From: the human T2T-CHM13v2.0 reference genome, Homo sapiens | Reading direction: 5' to 3' (one strand) | Assembly (NCBI RefSeq): GCF_009914755.1 | Contig: NC_060930.1 | Length of the DNA stretch: 64,000 bases | Part shown: positions 57,776 through 64,000 of the stretch, in pieces | How positions within the stretch are numbered: position 1 is the first letter of the stretch | Layout of the letters: each line of letters opens with the position of its first letter | Notes under the pieces: model-generated | Told to the model about the DNA's origin: nothing | Databases searched by the model: none | What the model saw: only the letters and a program-made list of their open reading frames with translations | Made by a program: the position numbers and the translations under genes

Positions 57776-58535
57776 GCCGTTCCGCCGCTGGTATTGCCGC
57801 TCCTCTGTACACTGTCCGCGCCGCGTGCGGGTCCCTCTGCTAGGACCGCGCCTTCAACGCGGAATCGCTGACATGAGCCCAGACGGAGAAGGGGTTTCAA
57901 CTACTGAGAAGGCATAAGTTGGAGAAAGTTGTGGGATTTTTCCTAAACAAAATAGGGACAGGAAAACAGTTGGGCTGGGGGACGAAATGGGGAGGGTAGC
58001 TGGGGCTTTCTGCCTGCTCCAGCAGTAAGCTGCTTGGCCATTCCCCGCGGGGCCGGCCCCCCTTCCCTTGCTCAGTGCCCAGGTCCTCCGGGCCCTTCTC
58101 CTCGAGCCCGCAGTCGGCTCTCAGGGAAAGGGTGCCAGGCCCCAGGCGGCACTTTTATTTTGGTTAAGAGGAGGGAGGGCTGCTCCCAGGCCCGAGGGAG
58201 GCGAACTGAGCCTTTCTGTTTGGATTTCCCTCCTCGCTATAGCAACCAGCAGCATCCGGACAAAAATGCGCCCTCCCTGGACAATGGCCCGGCCTCCTGC
58301 TTCTCGCCCTCGTCTTCCTCCCCCGGATCCCAGCCAGGACCTGCCTAGGCGCTCTTCGACCACGGAACATCCCTCCCCGCCACCCCCACCTCCATCCTTT
58401 CCATAGCAGTCTCTCCCCGGGTCAGTCCAGGGCGCTGGGAAGCCTTAGCTCTCGCTTTCTACCCCCACTGATCCCCCCACGCGGGCCGAGGCTAGGACAC
58501 AGGACCTCACTACCGAGTTCGGGGGCTCCCGCAGG
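57776..58535. promoter_or_regulatory. CpG island 2
   Basis: Abrupt AT-to-GC transition at 57776; dense CpG to 58531. Confidence 0.85.
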
Positions 58536-59698
58536 GGAGTTCCCTGCAGGGATTGTGTGGGTGTTTGGATGGCCCTGAGGAGTAACTCCAGCTTTTTCCA
58601 GGGTTAAAAATATATATATTAGAAAAATGCATTGAGCAGACTACACTTCTCCCCTGCCCAACACACACACACCACACACACACACATATTAATATAAGCA
58701 CCCCAGACCGAAGTACTAGGCATGATCTCTGACTTTCTTTCACTCTCCCAAGGTTAATTAAGTTCCCTTCCACGAACTGAGCTCCGTGCCTATTCATTAT
58801 TCTCTCCCTCTGACCTAGGGCGTTAATATGATCAGGCCTATGACTCGGCCGTGTTCTGTTTTCCTATTTTGCATTTAATGCTGGGACCCGGCTGCCCTAG
58901 ATTACCATCGAAAACTCTCAGAAAAGACAAGAGGAGCCAGGAGGTCTCCCTGCTCCAATCTGCCTAAGGCTTCCTCTTCCTGCCTCCTCTTCCGGCCAAC
59001 GTCTGCCCCTATGTTCCCAGGACCCAAATTCTGGAAACCTGTCTTTAAAAATACAATCATCTCTAACTTTATGATGTCCAAAAGCTGTCTAGAATGACAG
59101 ATTCGAAACTCTGAGACCTAGCAGAAGATTTTGGCCCACAGTTATTACGACTGTGGTTAACTGCTCTCCAGAAAAGCATCTCTCCCGCCCGTGCACCACC
59201 TGCTCCCCTCCCCGCCCACCCCCCCATCCCCCCCCAACCGCCGTCCTCCCGGACACTAACGACACAATTGTTAAGTGCACTTGTACACTTCAGAAGGATT
59301 TGCATTCGTGCTGTGTGCAGGCAGAATAAGAGAACTGAAGTCCAACTTCAACCAAATACGCCTGTTTATCCCAGGGCTGGAGCAACAGCCCTAGCCCTTG
59401 AAAATGGCTTCAGTGAAATAGCTGAGTACACCCTCCTCCCACTTCCCCAGTCCGCCTCTGTGCGCAGGTGTATGTTAGTGCACTCGTCCCTAGCTTGCCT
59501 TCCTCTTCGAAAATTGCTCCAGAGGATGAGAGAAGCCAGGAGCTCTAGCAAGAGCTTCATCCCAGTACATTTCCAAATGCTTTAGAGCTAAGGAGGTTTC
59601 TGTTGAAATCACTTTAATTTATCAAAGAGTTGTCATCCCCTACTGGTGGCCAGCCATCCACCTGCTTTAAGGCTAGGGGGAGAAAATGCGAGCGTGCC

Positions 59699-59746
59699 TG
59701 TGTGTGCGTGTGCGCGCACACACACGCGCGCGCACACACACACACA
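59699..59746. repeat. 48-bp alternating purine-pyrimidine tract (TG/CG/CA)
   Basis: tgtgtgtgcgtgtgcgcgcacacacacgcgcgcgcacacacacacaca. Confidence 0.95.
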
Positions 59747-60487
59747 GACACCTTTAGGCTCCATTGTTAAGAGGTCATTTAACTGTTAGTCCTTTGAAAG
59801 TGAAATTGCGGGAAGCAAACTGGAAGCCACCAATTGTCTCCTGTTCTGTTTCTGAGATTTTTGTTCTGTTTCTGAGATTTCGTATAAACAAGCTATATTA
59901 ACTCCTCCAAACAGAATTTATCTTATACACCGACGGAATGCTTCCTTTATGTTTTCTCCCTCCTAAGGCCTCATATTCACCGCTCAGGATTTAGCAGGCT
60001 TCCTTTGATAAATTACTCAAAGTAATCCTTGAAACAGCTAGACTATCTGGGTGACATGGTGTTAGATGTCTTCAAGCCATCCCTGTATATAAAATATTCA
60101 CTTGCAGACTACAAAGGGGGGACTGTTTTAATGATAAAATTTATAACTTGAAGAAAAAGGGAAAGATATTAGTATCTATAAATACAGATAATTTTATTTC
60201 AAATACTGAATTAAGGACATTATATTTCACTGGTTTACACAGTAGTGAAGGTAAAATAGAATTGTTTGTATGTGAGGTATGGACAGAGTTGCCAAGCATA
60301 TGACGTAGGAGAGTTTCAACTTTCAGAAAACTTTTCATTCTTCAAGACCTTTTATTACACAAGGACAGATGCACATTTAGGAATTTGCAAAATATAGGTA
60401 TAGACAGTAACATACAAATTTATTGGAAGCTTTATTTCTTCAGGAAAAAATATGCTGCTGCATAATTAAAGATAGTAAGTTCTATCC

Positions 60488-60524
60488 TTTTTTTTTTTTT
60501 TTTTTTTTTTGGTAAATGTTTATT
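60488..60524 (-). terminator. Minus-strand poly(A) signal AATAAA followed by a genomic A23 tract
   Basis: Plus-strand tttatt at 60519-60524; T run at 60488-60510. Confidence 0.55.
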
Positions 60525-63250
60525 ATGTCTCTCCCAAGAACCAGCAACTTGGAAATGCATTTTCCATGTTCCTTATAAATGCATCCCCCAAGGCTAAAGT
60601 TCTTGAAGCTTTATAGCAGTTTTCATTAAAGCAGCCAGCTGCCTTTTTGTGTGGATTGGCTGTTCAAAGCTCTAGCTCCGAAGCCAGAGCCTCAGTTTTG
60701 ACATTCTGCAGGCCCTTAGAAAAGAAGTTCCACTCAGAGGTTGGAGGGGGGCCTCACCAAATCAAACAGCTGCTGGGGTCTAGCAGAAGAGCAGGAAGCA
60801 CAGGAATGAATGACTGAGACAAGGCTTTTTAAAAAGAGGAGGAGGAGTAGGGACGTTCAAACATGATCCTCTAAGGTGGATATAAGAAAAAGGAAACAGC
60901 AGTTTCTTTTTCTAGTTTTACTTAGGTTTAAACCAGCTGCTACCTCCACTCCCCCAATGGCCATCTCCTCAGAAAATTCTTTGTTTTCTTTTGTTTCCTG
61001 ATTTCTATTATCCTGGGACTACATAAATAAGAAAAAATTAAGATCAAATGAATACCATTTCACCTCTGTTTTAGTAATTGTGTGCCTCCAGCTCAATGTA
61101 TGGGAGTGGTCACGGTGGGTTTTCTGCCAACTCCTGGTATATAGAAATAAATAAATGCTATTTTATATATGGTGTGAGTGTGTTTACTAGATGAAATAGT
61201 TAATAAATTAGAGTTCAAGTTACAGTGCATGGACTGACCCCATAACTGTTACTCAGGTGGAAATTTGGGAGGTTTGTGTCAAGGTACTGGGTGCTACTAA
61301 GACCCAGGTCCGGCTCACTATCTCGAGGAGTGTGAAAGTGTGAGAGATAACATGGGTGTCTTTTTGGTGTAGTTCTGTTATTCGAGGATGTTTCCCCTCC
61401 ACTCAGCGCACCCCGGCAAGAGGGAGTCGGCTCCGTTTCTTCAGACAAGTCCAGCTCAGGGTATTGACTGAGTAGAGGTTCCTCCGGACCTGGGAGAAGC
61501 TGGGGTGGCGCCAGCATCTCCTTACAGGTGCCTCCATCCTGTCCTTGCGGAAGGGGCTTAGGACACCCCGCAGTCCGCGCCCCGAGGTGGCGAGGCCCGC
61601 ACGAATCGCCTGCTCAGCCATTGTCCTAGCGAGTGATCTCGAGGAGCTGTGCTGGATGGAGTGAGGGAGATATCAAGACACCTTGTCAGTTCAAAGCATT
61701 TTAGCGTTGTTTGAAATCCTCTCCACGTCAACGTAAGCAGCCTGTGTATTTGAACAGCTGCTTTGAACAGTGAAAGGGAATAAACTGATTCAAAACCTGG
61801 AGGTGTCTGCCCGAGACACCTTCAACGTGCTTTTATGCGGGCGGAGAATGGCAGGCAGACGCGCGGACTCTGCCCTGACAGGGTCAGCCCAAAGAATGGG
61901 CCCCAGAGCCCGGGGCGGGGGAGGAACCGGTGGAGAGGCCCCAGTCTGGACCTAAAACCAGCGAGAGCTCAGGTTTCGGGAGCCCCGAAGAGGTGCCGCG
62001 CTGGGAGGCAGACAAGGAAGCCCAGGGTGCTCGGAACCCGGCGTTCGCGCCAACCGGGCCCCTGGCGCCTGGAGGGGAGGCGGCGGTAGCTCGTGGGGAG
62101 GTGTTGCTCAGAGCCGCGGTGCGAGCCCAGCCTGGCCCGCCCGGTGATTGGCCGCGCTTGGGGGTGGGGGTGGGGTGCAGAGACTGAGGCCCCGGGTAGG
62201 CTATTTCTTTGTGTACTCCCGGGGATTTATTGGGTATATTAAACCCTGTTGGGAACGTTTCGGCTCCTTGGCCGCCAGCGAAATGAGACGGGGATGGAAG
62301 TTGGAGTTGAGACCTGGGAAGTCAACGTGGGAAGGATCTCAGCATTAATCGCCGGTGATGTCCTATCGCAGACAGGAAGTTTTGATGTACACGTGCAGCC
62401 TATTCTTGTCCCCTCACACTAGCGCCCTATGCCGGGAGGAGGGCGGGGGTGTGGGGTGGGGTGTGGAGAGAAAGATAAGAGGAGGAGGAACTTTTAAATT
62501 GATTCAGAGCCAGGCCGCCTCAGTTCCTTCGAAGATGTGTTTGAAAACTTCATTCTTCTTTCGAGTGTATCATCCTATGGGCTGCAGAAGGCCTTGTGCC
62601 TCGAGAAATGTGAAATTAAATCCAGAGAAAAGCAGACACCTGCCCCAGAAAGGTGGGGGAGAAGTATGAGCTGCTTAGCACTTGGACGCGGCCCTTCCCC
62701 AGGGCTGGATTCTTCTGTCCGTGGGAGCTCTGAGCTCCAGGTCCGCGAAAAGAAAGGCACGACATGTCAGGAGAAGATGCGGCTGGCGGGCTGTCTGTGC
62801 GCTCCCCAAGGCCCAGGGAAAGTCACGCGCCTAGCACAGGGGACGCAGGGCCGAAGCCGGGAGAAGGCGGTTCTGCCCGCCACCCAGCCCCTTGGCTCGC
62901 GGTTGCGGAGCCGCGGGCACCAGTCGCTGAGTCTGCGCGCTGAGGCTCGGACTTGTTCATTTTTTCCTAGCTAGACAAAGTTATGGGATTCCTAGCAGCC
63001 CCCAGGCGCGCGGCCAGAGTGGCCCCGCGCTTGCGCTGGGACGGAGCGACACGCTGTGTGTGTCCTCGCCTCGCCTCGCCGCGCGGGTGCGCGCGTGGTG
63101 GGGGTGCAGGTCCGTCCTGCTGGCGGCCTGTGGGCTCGCCCCTCCCCTATTCATTTCTCTCCCCCACACACGCTCATAAACACAGGACACGTGGAAATTC
63201 TCAGCCAAAGCGTCTTGCCCGGGCGGGTGCTCAACGTGGTGATTTATAAA
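60511..63250 (-). ncRNA. PNKY: Probable PNKY lncRNA (divergent from POU3F2); 5' end and exon structure uncertain
   Basis: Locus assignment rests on my unverified recollection of CpG-island size and spacing upstream of POU3F2. Sequence support: minus-strand AATAAA at 60519-60524, splice acceptor ctggttttag|G at 61952, CCAAT (62147-62151) and TATAAA (63243-63248) on the minus strand inside the CpG island, no long ORF. Confidence 0.55.
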
Positions 63251-64000
63251 CAGCTCAGCCACTCTCCAAAGAGCATGACTCCTTGTTAGTCATGATGAAT
63301 TTTCTGGCCCGCTCCAGTCTGCTGTCTGGATTCAGATGCTCAGAGGCCCCAAAATGCTCCCTCTGAGCGTTGATTTGGCTGCCCTCTCAAGCCTACGACC
63401 GCCGGCAAAACCAGCGATAGAGCGAGGGGTGAGAGGTGGGGACGCGATCCAGGTTCCCTGGGGTCTGTCATTCCCTTCCCGGCAGTAACTGTTGATTCGC
63501 TTTACAGCGCCCATGTACACACCCGGCCCTGCGTGGCGGTCACGCCGCTCCAGCCTGGGTCCGCGCCCAAGTTCTAGCTACCGGGCTTGCAGGCTCGGAA
63601 ACTCGCAGGCGGCACCTGCTCTGGGCGGCTAAAGAACTGATGGCGCGACGCGCCCGCGCTCCGTAGAGCGGCGCTGCGGGTGCATGGTCCCATAGTCTTG
63701 CTCTGGAGTTCACTGCTGAAAGCTGAGCTGGGAGCTTGGCCAGGGAGCGCCAAAGACATAGACTAACCCCACCCGCTAGCGCCCACCGAAGTTACTGATT
63801 AGGAAGGTTCCCCTGGCATCAGCCCATTTGCTTCACACACTCTTCCTCCTTCCCAAGGGGCTAACGGAAAAGTTGCACCTACCAGCGGTAGGAGCACGGG
63901 GAATCGCGCACGCAGGCCCTCCGCGCGGCTTCCCGGAGCGGCCTTTGGCGACTGCGCCGCCCCTACAAGGCCGCACACCCCTCGCCAGCACTCCGGCAGC
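61300..64000. promoter_or_regulatory. Large CpG island continuing past the window end (promoter domain of a developmental gene, probably POU3F2)
   Basis: Very dense CpG especially at 61810-62300 and 62680-64000; GC boxes (ggggcgggg 61912), CCAAT box, no TEs. Confidence 0.9.

Noticed and set aside
54297-63759. Many overlapping 60-145 aa ORFs in the CpG islands
   Set aside because: Expected from stop-codon scarcity in GC-rich DNA; present on both strands; no homeodomain, POU, zinc-finger or other domain
54420-63980. Partial CTCF and REST-like motifs (about 54424, 55640, 62715, 63602)
   Set aside because: Only half-sites or three or more core mismatches; cannot be called without ChIP data

Overview
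Primate (very probably human) intergenic DNA with no intact protein-coding gene. The listed ORFs are Alu-, L1- or ERV-derived or are chance GC-rich frames. Positions 1-52,400 are a mosaic of Alu (J, S, Y, FLAM), MIR, L2, L1 (PA/PB/MA/ME-type), hAT and Tigger DNA transposons, MaLR/ERVL LTRs and a decayed ERVL pol region. This part also holds a 5'-truncated RPL6 processed pseudogene (10,595-10,901, minus strand) and several repeat-free blocks that look like enhancers, the best at about 17,800-19,010. Positions 52,400-64,000 are almost transposon-free and carry a stepped series of CpG islands (about 54.8-56.1, 57.8-58.5 and 61.3-64.0 kb) separated by homeodomain/POU/SOX motif-dense AT-rich DNA. 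This is the typical approach to a developmental transcription-factor gene lying just past the right edge. From memory of the island layout (not verified by any search), this fits the region upstream of POU3F2 (BRN2, chr6q16), with the divergent lncRNA PNKY on the minus strand ending at the AATAAA plus genomic A-tract at about 60,490-60,525. I found no convincing novel biological system. The best leads are regulatory (candidate enhancer, POU autoregulatory clusters, lncRNA 3'-end ambiguity) plus a few unusual retrotransposition junctions. Repeat subfamily names are by-eye recognitions.
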